Below are positions 23,701-35,031 of a stretch of 46,456 nt of DNA, in pieces; position 1 is the stretch's first letter; every line of letters starts with the position of its first letter. This DNA is from Vitrella brassicaformis CCMP3155 (taxonomy: Eukaryota; Protista; Chromerida). The notes under the pieces were generated by a model. The model did no database searches and had not been told where the DNA came from. It saw only the letters and a list, made by a program, of their open reading frames with translations. The position numbers and the translations under genes are program-made. The DNA lies in the NCBI GenBank assembly GCA_001179505.1, contig CDMY01000593.1, positions 1 through 46,456 of the forward strand. Direction: 5' to 3'.

Positions 23701-24894
23701 GGTTCGGGTTGCTGGCTGCTGACTGGGGGCAGCTCTGACGCAACAGGGAGGCTCTGCTGCGGCACATCTGCCGTCTCGTTGTGACCCTGGAGAATGAGAC
23801 AACGAACACAACACGCACCTAGTACTAACACGCATCGTATGCAGAGAGCTGGGTCTGTCTGGTTTGTTTGTCGTGCCGCCGACCGACCGACAGACCGACC
23901 AAGCAAGCCAGGTGGACTGAAGTGATCTCCTCATGGTGGTGCACGTCCTTCTGCACCGTCCAGTTGAATGGCTGGAAGCACACGGGGGAGGAACCATCTG
24001 ACACACACACACACACACACACACATCTGTAGGTCCAGACCCATTGCTCCTGCCTGCCTGCCTACCTGTGCACCGGTTGTCGACGGCTTCCGAGGTGAAT
24101 GCATGGAACTCCTGGGCATTGTCGGCAGGCCGCTCGGGCTTGTCGGGCGTGATGAACTGCACACAAGATCGGATCGACCATGTAATGCACACTCTCATGT
24201 CCACGTGTGATAGACTGCCCTGACCACTCCCTGCCTGCCTCTCTGCCTGCCTGCCTCTCTGTCTGTCAGATGATTGATCACAACGTACCAGTATCTCCGG
24301 GTTGCCCATGCCCTCGGAGTCGTGCAGCACCTGCCACCACATGTGATACACTCGACCACCGCCAGCCGCCATCTCCCAGTGAGCCACTCTGTCGGTCGAT
24401 CGACAACACAACACACTCGGGCTGGCTGGCTGCATCTCGCTCACTCCTTCACTCACCCCGACACGTCATTAGTTCTGTTCCACAGTCCGTTCCACACGGC
24501 CGGGGTGAAGTTGCCGCTGTCAGGGTAGCTCTTGTCGGGGAAGCCCGTCACCTGCAGCTTCCCACAAGGACCTGAGGGAGCAATCAAATGCACACGCACA
24601 CACGCACCCACGGGCGCCGCACTCCCGGCGTTGGCTGCATGTGTGCGTGTCGATGTGGTGCGTACGCTGTCGCTGGAGTGACCGTCGGGCGAGCAAAGCC
24701 CCGCCTGCATCAATCACAAAAGAGAGAGATACAGACAGACAAGCAAGAAAGATGGAGGCAGATGCAGGAAGATGAGATGGATGATGCATCAGATTGACTG
24801 CAGTACTGCGTGTGTGCATACCTGTGTGCGCTGCGCCGCATCCCGCACACACGAGTGCCCAGAACAGCCCCGATTGCAGCACGGATCTTCCCAT
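20744..24894 (-). CDS. Type I membrane receptor/adhesin: signal peptide, 2x unassigned Trp-rich module, Pro linker, EGF, F5/8C(discoidin)-like domain, TM, Cys-rich tail
   Basis: SP MGRSVLQSGLFWALVCAGCGAA; canonical EGF CEEGPCLNDGTCIEAVNFAHCDCPANFAGDLCE; AFDG...W...WIGVHYDTNHTVQCVQ; TM PGWMFGLIVAVCLLFIGCLVSCFIC; tail GRMYWACLQRSCGYCFIGRQDPNVVKFRNFVEDDDHRRTGAPR*. Spans a gap. Confidence 0.82.
22786..23085. other. Assembly gap (300 N)
   Basis: Run of N after a poly-C tract, apparently inside an intron. Confidence 1.
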
Positions 24895-25402
24895 CGTTGA
24901 TCGTTGAGCAGATTTCACGACGAACTGTGCAGATCTTTCCAGCCTTGCAGCATCACAACACCACTGCCGTCACGCCGCCGCCTTCTTTCGCCTCTCCGGC
25001 CTGCGAGCTAATCTTGCAGACGCGGTCGTAGTGAGCGGATCTTCAAGTTCTCTCATTCTCCTGTGCCGACCTGTGATTGGCTGCCTGCAATCACTGCACC
25101 GCGCGCACATCAAAAGGTGAGGGCACATGGATCGATGGATGTGGGGTCGATGGAGAGTGTGCTTGCATAGCTGACTGCCATTGTCTGGCTCGGAGTCAAC
25201 GACGTTGCTGCTTGACTCAGGGCGCGCAACAGGTTTCGGGGCCAACCAGAACAGTTTGTCCCGATCTTGGATTTCGCAGAGACTGGACGGTACGCAAGGC
25301 AAAGTCAGTTGGAAAGCGAGGCAGATGGAAGTCTGTTTGTTTGTTTTGCGGGTGCCGATGAAAGGCGAAAGCAGCGAGTGGCTCTCCTGAAGACCCTTCT
25401 CC

Positions 25403-28197
25403 ATGGCGGCCAGGGCGGCGACAGGCAGTGAGTCAATCGGCAGTCTGCGGGCCATCCGAGTCTGGAACGAGGGCACCGATGACAAGCCGCCTGCCCGCTG
25501 CCACGAGCGATGGGTGGCCAAGCTGGATGGACTCAAGGGCCACGAGAAAGCCGCCATCATCGGCACTCGAGGGGCCACCATCAAGCGGCTGCAGGATGAG
25601 TCCAAGGCAAAGATCTATGTGGCACCGCACCACCAACAGCAACAGCAGCAGCAGAGATACGACGCCGGTCAGCGCGGCAGGGGCCGGGGAGGAGGGCGGG
25701 GGGGCCGCAGCCACCAAACACACCGCGACCAGACGGACGGCTCCGATGTGCTGGTGAGCATACCGACACGAGCGGCGAGATGCATGCTTACTCTGTGCGG
25801 TTTTCCTTCCCCTCTTCGTCTGTCTGTCTATCTACAGGTGCGAGGTCATCTTGCGTGTGTCCTGAGCGGATGCCGTCTTGTCATCGCCTTGCTGCGGCAG
25901 GTCAGCGGCGGCTCGGGTCGTGAGGGCAACTGGACCACGGACACCTACCGGTGTGAGCTCATCGACGAGAGTGCCGGCCAGCAGTTTCCCGGATGGCTGC
26001 AGCAGGGGAGAGACCGAGAGGACAGCGGGGTGCCGTCACTGCTCTTCAAGTCGAGTCGGTCGCGCACACAGGAGGGCGTGGATCGGCCGCTCAACGAGTT
26101 CGGTCTGCTCGTGGCTGCTGTGAAGCGACCACCCAGCTGGGATGAGGACGAGGGCTCCTATGCCCGAGCGGAGGCGGCGCTGGGCGACCTGTCCGGCTCA
26201 CCCTCCTTCTTGTCGTCTTTCGAGCGGCTGGTGGACAGCACCCACCTATACATCATGCACACGAGCGTTGAGCGCATCGGCAGACTGTTCGACCTCCTCC
26301 ACGAGAGCAGCTTCATCCCTCTGCCCACGCAGCCCCTGGCCACCTTCTCCTTCCCACCCATCCCGGCATCTCGCAGCCCGTCGCCCGCTGCCCTCCCCAC
26401 AGCGGAGCTCGTCTCGTCCTACTCATGGGTCACTGGCTCCTGCATGAGGTCGCCTGCCTTCGTCCGGGAGTACCTGAGCGACGCTGGCGCCTACCCGATG
26501 GAACTGGACGGCATCACGTGGCTTGGGCAACAGCAGTGTCCCGACGGCTCGTTTCGCTTGACGCATCAGCTTCTGGACATCCTTGGTGTCAAATCGGTGT
26601 CGTTGGCTTGTGCGCTCGAGAGGGGCAGGAGGGAGGGCGGCCTCGCACTGGGCGATGGCGACCTGCCGAGCAAGGTGGCAACCCTCACCGTCGTTGCTGG
26701 CGTGCGGTTCTGGTGAGCAAAACGAATATGTATCAACATGGGCGGGAAAAGGCCGGCAAGCAGGGAACACACACTCGTCTGTGTGTGCGTACGCCTGTCT
26801 GTTAATGCAGGCGCCACGCAGCGCGGCGGTCCAGCCGGGTCAACGCGAGTGCTCTTGGTGCCGAGGCGCTGAGGACGATTGTCACACGGGCGACCACCTG
26901 GCTGGAGCAGCACTGTGAGGGCGCGAGTGATGCTGTCCATTCCCTGGCGGAGAGTGAGGCGTTTTCCATCTACCGTACGGACAAGACCGTCTTGTTTGAG
27001 CCATTTCTATTCGCTTATACGATGGCCCCATCAGACAAGAGAGCGCCGCAGCTGCAGCCACAGCACTGGGAGATCTTCATCCCGCGCAACACGCTCACCG
27101 ACCTGATGCAGCTGCCCTATGATCGCACCAAGGGCATTGCCTTCACCATCGTCAAGACGGAAAGCGGGCGGCTGTTCGTCACGGCCAGGGTGTCGCCAGA
27201 CAACGACAAAACGCTGCCTTTGACCGACCGGGCCATGCTGTATGAAAGCATGGCCACGGGGTGGCGGGACAGCCCGGCGTGTGAGGGGCGGCTGGTGGTC
27301 AAGCTGACGACATGGCCACAAGGGCCTTCATCTTCTGCTTTGCCAATGGCGGTGTGGACTCTCACCGACATCGACTGTGTGGTGCCCTCGTCAGGGGAAT
27401 CTGAGCTGCAGCGGGAGGCAGGGTGGTGCCCCGACCCTGAGAGCAGCTTGGATGGGACCATTATGTGGCTGACGGGCCACGACGGCATCCCACAGCCGGC
27501 CGCATGCCAGCAGCCCAACGGGTCGGCACTCTTCTGGTCGGCGCCACTGTCAGACCACACGAGTGGTGGTGGTGGTGACGGCCGTCGAGAGCTGTGCCTT
27601 GAGGACACAGTTGAGCTCAAGACGACCTTCGACTTGCCTGGCAGCGAGGGGTTTGAGAATGAGATGCTCATGAGGACGTGGGTGCAGTGTGTTGCCGGCG
27701 GCACCGCACATATCAAGGTGACGCACAAACCAATGCACCGGAAGACAGACAGGTGTGCATGTCTTTTTGACGCTGTGTGTGACGGTCATTCATTTGTTCA
27801 GGTTGCTTTCAAGTCCCGTCCCGACCCTTCGAAGCCGTGGCGCGTGACGGTCGACTCTCCGCCCACATCCCTCACCCCGGCGACCATCGCCCACCCGAGC
27901 AGCACAGTGGGCAGATGGGACGGGGGGTACATCACGTCCACCGTCGGCAACATCCTGTCCTTCATCTGCCAACACGTCACTGAAGCTGGGTGCGTGTATG
28001 AGCTTTGCTTCGACCCGCCGTCCACACAGCTGCGGCTCATCAAGAGGGAGGATGTGGGCGCTGATGGCGATAGGGCCGAGGGGGGGATGGACACGACGAT
28101 AGAGAAGATGCTGCCGGCGTGGCTCGGGCGGTGGGAGAGAGAGGAGGCCAATGGTGGTGGTGGGGATGGGGAGGGGGGAAGAAAGGCAGACGAGTGA
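25403..28197 (+). CDS. KH-domain RNA-binding protein with a probable C-terminal NARG2_C/ICE2-like domain (4 exons)
   Basis: KH GxxG loop AAIIGTRGATIKRLQDESKAKI and RGG-like RGRGRGGGRGGR. Introns at about 25753-25837, 26713-26809 and 27718-27801 give one continuous frame. The NARG2_C resemblance is from motif recall and is less certain than the KH call. Confidence 0.8.
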
Positions 28198-28582
28198 CAT
28201 GGGATGAGATGGTGCGAGGCGATGCCTGATCTGTGCACGTGCCGTGTCGGTGATGACTTTTTTTCGTGGCGTGGCGAGACAGACGCTGTGTGCATCAAGT
28301 ATGTATCATTTATCCGTGAAGTGAATGTCAGCCATGTCATGTGTGCATCACGCCAAACCAGCCACACCTCTCTCTGCCCCTCTAACCGACCAACACACCC
28401 ACACGCCAATACGCTAGCTTGTTCCTCACTCATGTGTATGTACATCAACAGATCGATCAACCAATGAGTACTTACATGCGATCGATAAGCGGGTGGCTGC
28501 CTCTGCCATCCATCACATCACTGGCCCCCCTCTCTGTCATGGACCTCCTTCTTCACCAGGGGCGGGGTGGGCAGGTGAGGCA

Positions 28583-31500
28583 TCATGGGATCGTCGCTGT
28601 CTGCTTATTGGGCTCCTGCTTGATGCTGATGCGGCTGTGTCTCGCCGGCTCCTGCTTGACGGCCGCCGGGGTGGTCTTCGGGGCGTCCTTCACAGCCGAC
28701 CTGAGGCAACAACGGAGCTTGTTTTGCACTGCCTAGTGCATGTGTGTGTGTGAGTGTGTGTGTACTTGATGTCGATCTTGGTCATTCGTTTAAGGCGGTC
28801 GGTGTTGACCCACACCCTCGCGCCATCCTCCATCTCAACTCGGTACCACGGCTGCACACATACCGACCGTACACGGGCGGACAGACAATGCAGCACAGCA
28901 CAGCACAGCCACACAGATTTGCTTGCAATGCGTGGATCTCTCTCCCTTTGTCTGTCTGTCTGTCTCTCTCTCACCTGTCCCTCCCTAATCTCGCAAGTGA
29001 TGATCCGCTTGTACAACACACCGCCCTCCCCCGCACCATCCAAACCACCGCCACCACACCCACCCTTCTCGCCCTTCTCCTCCTTCTCGCCCTTCTTGGC
29101 CTCATCTTTGGGCTCTGTCTTGACGGCAACAGGAACGGCAGCAAGAGCAGCGGCAGCTGCGGCTGCTGCTGCCTTCCGTCTCTTGGTCACCGAGCTGCGC
29201 TGCTGCTGTGGCTGTTCCTGTGGATGTGGCTGTGGCTGGGAGGGTGGCTGCTGCTGGGAGGGTGGCTGCTGCTGTTGCTGCTGCTGCTGGTTGGCTGGGT
29301 GGACGGTGTTGGGTCGGTAGCCGCTCATGAAGGTGTGCAAGGGGAGCCGAGCTGCTGGGAGATACTGGCCCTGGGGGCGGGGCGGGGCGAGAAACGAAAG
29401 AAGGTCCTTGTGTGTGTGTGTGTGTATGGGGAGGCCGTTACCTGTTGGTATGTGGCATACATGTGCATGCATACCTTTGGGGCGCCGCGAGTGGGCAGTT
29501 CCTCGTCATTGTCAACAAAGCGATGCGACAGCAGAAACCTGCTCAGCAGACAATGAGTGTCATCGATCGGTCTGGTGCGTGTGTGTGTGGGGGTGAATGA
29601 GCGGGCGGGGGGCCTGGTCTGGTTCTCACTCATTGATGGGGTCACAGTTGAGCGGCTCGTCTGTCTGCATGGTGCTCTCAGCGAACCGCCGCAGCGCCTC
29701 ACGGTCACCCACGGCATCTTGCGGAGGCGCCACACCACAGCCGCCCTCAATGCAACGCGGAAACTGCACACACCACACACACACACACACACGTGCAGCC
29801 ATCTGGTTGTCTGTTTCTCTCACCCAGATGCGGACGAAGAAGTTGTTGGTAGTGAGTACGTCCTCGACAGTGACGTCCAGGGCCATCTCGCCCACAGCGT
29901 AGGTGAAGACGGCGCCCTTCTTGGCCACACGCGCCAGCCTGTGTGTGGGGCTCTTGGGGTGGTCGGCCGTGGACGGCGTGAGGGTGGTCTTCTTGTCGGG
30001 CAGAGTGATGCTCACGTTGGCCGCGGCCTCGGGGCGCTGACATTTATTCGTTGGTTCGTTGATGGATGACATCACACAGAGAGACAAGGGATGACAGAGA
30101 GGCATGTTTGATCCAGAAGCGGAGCAGAGGGTGGTTTGGGGTGTCAGGCTTACTTGGTATTGGAGGCAGTGGAATATGATGCGATGGAGGTTGAACAGCG
30201 TCACCGATGAACTCACTGACCGAACGACCCCACAACACACCCAGACATCGATTCAATGCCCGTGTTGTGTTGTGTTGTGTTGTGTTGTGTCTCCCTCCCA
30301 CCCTCCCATGGGTCGATCGACTCACTGGCAGCGATGCGTGTGAAAACGTCCCTGCCTTCGTGCCTCCAGACAACCCGCAGCTGCACCAGCTCCACCCTCT
30401 CTCTCCCCCTACCCTTATCCTTATCCTTCTCGCCCTTATCATCCACACCCACATCTCCGTCACGCTCCCGCTCTCGCTTGACGCCCCTCTTCTCTCTCTG
30501 CTCGTTTCTCTCCACTGGTGGTCCGATGCGGTCGCTCGGCTCTGTCTTGACGGTGCCTGGGCAGGGGCGAGGGGAGGGGCGGGGAGGGGGTGGCGGTTGG
30601 GGTGCGTGGGTCTGTGGCTTGAGTCGCGATATGAGGCGCGTCAGGGGGAGGGTGAAGATCTGCAGCGCTGCCGACTCGTTCTGCGATGCCGGCACATTCT
30701 GATTAGGCGGGGCCATGGGAGGAGAGCGAAACAGACAGGCAGACATCTCTGGATGGATGGATGCGTTCGTCATTTGGTCTCTCTTGTTTGTTGTTTGCTG
30801 ACTGACTGACCGGCACTGCTGGGAAGGGCCTGGAGCCTTTCTTTTTGTTCATGCTGAGATTGGCCGAGAAGCAGCCTTTGATGAGCGAACGGTTGACGGC
30901 GTCGATGTTGAAGGGCGAGTGGGGTGATGACTCGGTGGGTGCGGGTGGGTGTGGGGGTGTGGGTGTGGGTGGGGTCCATGCAGCGAGCCTGTCGGCGTCC
31001 TCACACACGGAGGCGGGGGGGGCCTTGCCAGTGCTACCCTCAGAAATGCAACGCGGAAACTAAACAAAAATAATTAACCACAACACCACCCACGCCCATA
31101 TTCGCACACTTGGCGTGGATATGGCTTGTAGGTGTGTGGTCTGTGTGGTGTGTGTGTGTGGTGTTCTGACCCAGACGGTGGACACTTTGATGCCCATCTT
31201 GACTTGCTCCACAGTCACGTCAAAGGCCAGTGCGCCGTGCTCGTAGCTCCCCACCTTGCCCTGCCACCCACCGCCTTTGCCATCGTCATCGCCATCTGCC
31301 TCTCCGTCTTCATCCTCGATGAAGCTGCTCACACGCGGGTTGCCGGAATAGCCGGCCTGGTTGCAGTAGACGGCGTCGGTGTGGCGGTACACAGTGCCGT
31401 CGGGCAGCTGCATACACAGAGGGAGGGAGGGAGGGAGGGAGGGATGGAGGGAGAGGGGTGGGTGGGTGTCTTCCCTCTCTCTCTCTCTGTGTGTGTCTTC

Positions 31501-33874
31501 CTTCCTTGTTCACACATACACACATCCATCCATCCATACCGTCCAGTTGTGTGGCATCATGTTGCTGTGGGGACGCTCTTTGTGCTCCAGGCACAGCGTC
31601 ATGACTCTATGCATATCTGAGACAAAGAGAACAAAGATAGATGGGCAGAGAGTTAACATACTGCCTAGACTACACGACTGCGGTGTGCGGTATTGTTCAT
31701 CGTCCGTCCGTCCTTACTGTACAAGGTGTATTTCGACGTCACCCCCACAACCCTGTGTGACACACAGTGGATGGAAGAGGAACATTACAATGATTGCACA
31801 TGTCTGGTGAGTAAAGGCAATGCCCAACATCAGGTGCGGTGTGCGCATCAGACAACCCACCGGACGATCTTCTCCTCTCCCGGTGCATTCCGGCTCTCGA
31901 ACCGCAGCTGCACAGCGTTGAGCAGCACCAGCCGCTGATGCTGCCTGCCACGACCACCACCACCACCACCAGCAGCAGCCCCCTTGCCGATCCCCTTATT
32001 GCTCTTATTCTCCTCCCTCTTCACACGCTGCTTGGCCTGCGCCTTTTTCTTCGGCTGCTGCTGCTGCCGCTGCACCTCTCGCTTCTGCCGACGCATTGGC
32101 AGTGGGGGGGATGGCGGGATGGGTGCTGGTGGTGGCTCGTGCACGGCCGTGTCGATGTGCTTGAGCTGCTCGGTGAGTGGTTCGCGCAGGGGCGATGTGA
32201 AGAATGAGGGGAGAGGTGTGGAGGCCAGGCTGAGGACCTGCGGCCACAGGTGGGAGGGCAGGGAGGCCTGACGGGCAGCACAGCACACAGACGGGGGGGG
32301 GGCGGATGGATGGATGTCCGATGGAGGGCCACTGCACTGGGAGATGTGTCTGTCTGTGTGTGTGTGTGTGTGTTTACTGGTATGCCGTGCGATATGCCGA
32401 TCTTCCACCGAAACGCACTGCTCAGCAACACTCTGCATTTAAAGGGAAGGAAAGAAAGAACAACTCAATCGTGCGAAAATCGTCCTTCCATGCGCGACAG
32501 ACATGTGGGTCCCGATCTCACTCACCTGTTGACGGCATCGATATCGATTCTGGTGGCGGCGCGGTGTCGTGTGATGTCGTCTATGCTGCCGCACGCACTC
32601 TGGGGCGGTGCCACGCCCTTGGAACCCATACACAGACGAGGCGCCTGCAGACAGAACAAAGAGGCGAGCGATGCCATACACACGCATGTGTAATCATTGC
32701 CCCTCTCCCTCTCTCTCTCTCTCTCTATCACACACACACACACACCCAAATGGAGTCTTCTTGGCGCTTGTGCGTCGCCACTGAGATGATGCGCATCTCG
32801 CACTCCACTGCACGCCACCACACACACCACACCACACCACACCCGTCTGTTGGTGTGTCCTCTGTGCGCTGTGCGTGAGTCCTTCCTTACACATGTTGGT
32901 GTAGTATTTGATGCGCAGGATGGAGGGATCTATGGTGTCACCACACAGGCTGAGCAGCGTCAGCCGGCTGTCCTGGTCGGTCGTCATCGACACGTCACTC
33001 ATCACCTGCACACAGCACAACACAGCACAACACAATACAATACACACACATCTTAGATGTGCTTGTGAAGACAAGGTGACAATATATATTTTATTTCGTA
33101 CGTCTGGTGGTCCGCTGCCATATGGTCCTGATGGGATTTCTGGTGAGTCGTCATTCTTGACTGCAAACAGGTGGATGGCACGGTCAGACTCCTCCTGCAC
33201 ACACCCACACACCGACACACCGAAACAGACAGACAGACAGACGGATGGATGAATGGATGGATGGATGGATGCCTAAACGCCTCACTGACTGACGCCCTCA
33301 CTCACTGACCTTATAGCCGAGGACACACAGAATGCACCTGAGCACAGGCACACAAAGATGCCATCCATGCCATCCATCCATATGCCATCGTCAGTCACAT
33401 CCCCCGCCCCCCCTCTTCAGCTCAGCTTGCTTACCGATGGAAGTCGAAGAGAGTGATGGCTGCCGGGACGACGACGCGCCGCACCACCTCGCCCTCCACA
33501 CACATGTCACTGCTCAGCCTCAACTCCAACACATCATCCTCACGCAGATGCACACTCGTCCCCCCAACACCACCACCACCATCACCACCAGAAGCGCGGT
33601 TGCAACCCTCCTCCACCATATGGTCATGATTCTCACGGTAGCGACTGCCGGTGGATGCGCTCCGGCCGCTGTTGAATGCGTTGAAGGGGGTGGGGATGAC
33701 GTCTGTGGGGAGGTTGGCCTGTTCGAAGAGCTTCTGAAGCTCCCCTCTGGCTATCCTCCGCTCCAGATCTGCGAGGGTGAAGCCGGGGATCCTGCTGTCC
33801 GCAAACAGGTCATCGAGGTGCACATCGCTGGCGGGCGCGGCGGCCGTCGTGGCGATTTCGCCTCTGTGAGCCAT
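28583..33874 (-). CDS. Protein with three tandem pRiA4b ORF3-like (MM3350-like, PF07929) domains and a C-terminal chromo-like domain
   Basis: Many GT-AG exons join in frame, including micro-exons 33337-33310 (28 nt) and 31752-31718 (35 nt). R1 VVRRVVVPAAITLFDFHRCILCVLGY..AIHLF..W|APRLCMGSKGVAPPQ..IDIDAVNR; R2 IVRVVGVTSKYTLYNMHRVM..FDVTVEQV..W|FPRCISEGSTGKAPPAS..FNIDAVNRSL; R3 VTLFNLHRIIFHCLQY..FTYAVGEMALDVTVEDV..W|FPRCIEGGCGVAPPQDAVGD. Confidence 0.8.
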
Positions 33875-33946
33875 GGAGTGGGTGCGGCGCGGCTGTAAGG
33901 TCGTTTACGGATGTAAACTTTCCGGTACGGGACTGCGCAGCGCACC
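33875..33946. promoter_or_regulatory. 72-bp divergent intergenic spacer with a GTTTAC-GGAT-GTAAAC inverted repeat (33903-33918)
   Basis: Lies between the minus-strand ATG at 33874 and the plus-strand ATG at 33947. The inverted repeat is seen directly; a regulatory role is inferred. Confidence 0.4.
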
Positions 33947-35031
33947 ATGGTGGTTCGGGTGCCCTTGTTTGCCCTCAGCATCTTGGTATGGCTGTCGTGC
34001 GGCGTTGCAAGGCAGGGTCCTCCCATCAGTCAGGATGGCGAGTGCGCTGGCTTGAGCTTTGCTGACGTCGGCCCTGCGGTGCTTAAGAAGGATGAGGTCG
34101 TCATGGGCATCGACATCGACAGATACACCGTGAGAAGACGACGTGACACGACACACCTCTAGGCGCGGCGGGGGAACCTGCTATACGTACTCGGGGTTGT
34201 CTGGAGTTGACAGCTGTCTGACTGTCTGTCTGTCCGTCTGTCTGGTATCCGTGTCCGTGTGCAGGGCCTGTGGTACCAGATAGCTGATTCCATTCTGCCC
34301 CGCTGCACCTTTGGTGTGGGTTGCTCGTGCACGGGCACACTCTACGAGGCGGCTCTCGACGCCGACACCGACAGGCCCTTCATCGAGGTCAACAACATAT
34401 GCCGGAGGGAAATCCCGGTACCACCGTCAGAAGGCCGCGCAGACCCAATCGAGGATCCGGACAGTAAGGGACTGATTGAGGGGCGGCTGTATGTGCAGTT
34501 CGCGCCAGACAGGGACGAGCTAACCTTCCCTCCCACTGGCGTGACCATCTTGGATCAGCCCGAGTTCTTCTTTTCGCGGGTGGGCAACTACTGGATCATT
34601 TACCTTGAGCCGGCCGAGGGGGAAACACTGGAGGAGGGAAAGGAGCCCTATGAGATCGCCGTGGTAGGCCATTGCCCTGACGCACCTATTGTGGTCCAGA
34701 ATGGATAAACGCAGCGCTGGCTGTGTGCTGTGTGTAGATTGGGAGTCCCGACAACACGACCCTGTTCATTCTCTCGCGCAAGCCAGAGGTGTCTGACGAA
34801 GACTATGAGCGCATCCTGCAGGCCATTGTCGACTTGGGGTACGACCTCGATACCGTCCAGCTGAAGAAGACGGAGCAGGGGGGAGACTGCCCGCCGCTAG
34901 AAGACCTGCTCGCCGAGATCGGGGTCGAGGTGCCCGAAGACACGACTCCTGATAAGACCACTTCGACGACAGAAAAGCCCACTGAGGCGCCGACCAAGAA
35001 GCCGACCAAGAAGCCGTGTGCTAGTAAATAG
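33947..35031 (+). CDS. Secreted lipocalin, Blc/ApoD-like, with a Thr/Pro/Lys-rich tail (3 exons)
   Basis: Signal peptide MVVRVPLFALSILVWLSCGVA; SCR1 IDIDRYT|GLWYQIA; SCR2 GNYWII; SCR3 IAV|IGSPDNTTLFILSRKPEVSDEDYERIL...LGYD. Confidence 0.92.

Noticed and set aside
30150-30400. Chromodomain in VQLRVVWRHEG...DPWE
   Set aside because: Better explained as the N-terminal strands of the third pRiA4b-ORF3 repeat, because TLFNLHRII follows directly.
28583-31613. Separate gene starting at MHRVMTLCL (31613)
   Set aside because: A 35-nt micro-exon (31752-31718) joins it in frame to the upstream exons and restores the TLYNMHRV domain motif, so it is treated as one gene with 33874-31718.
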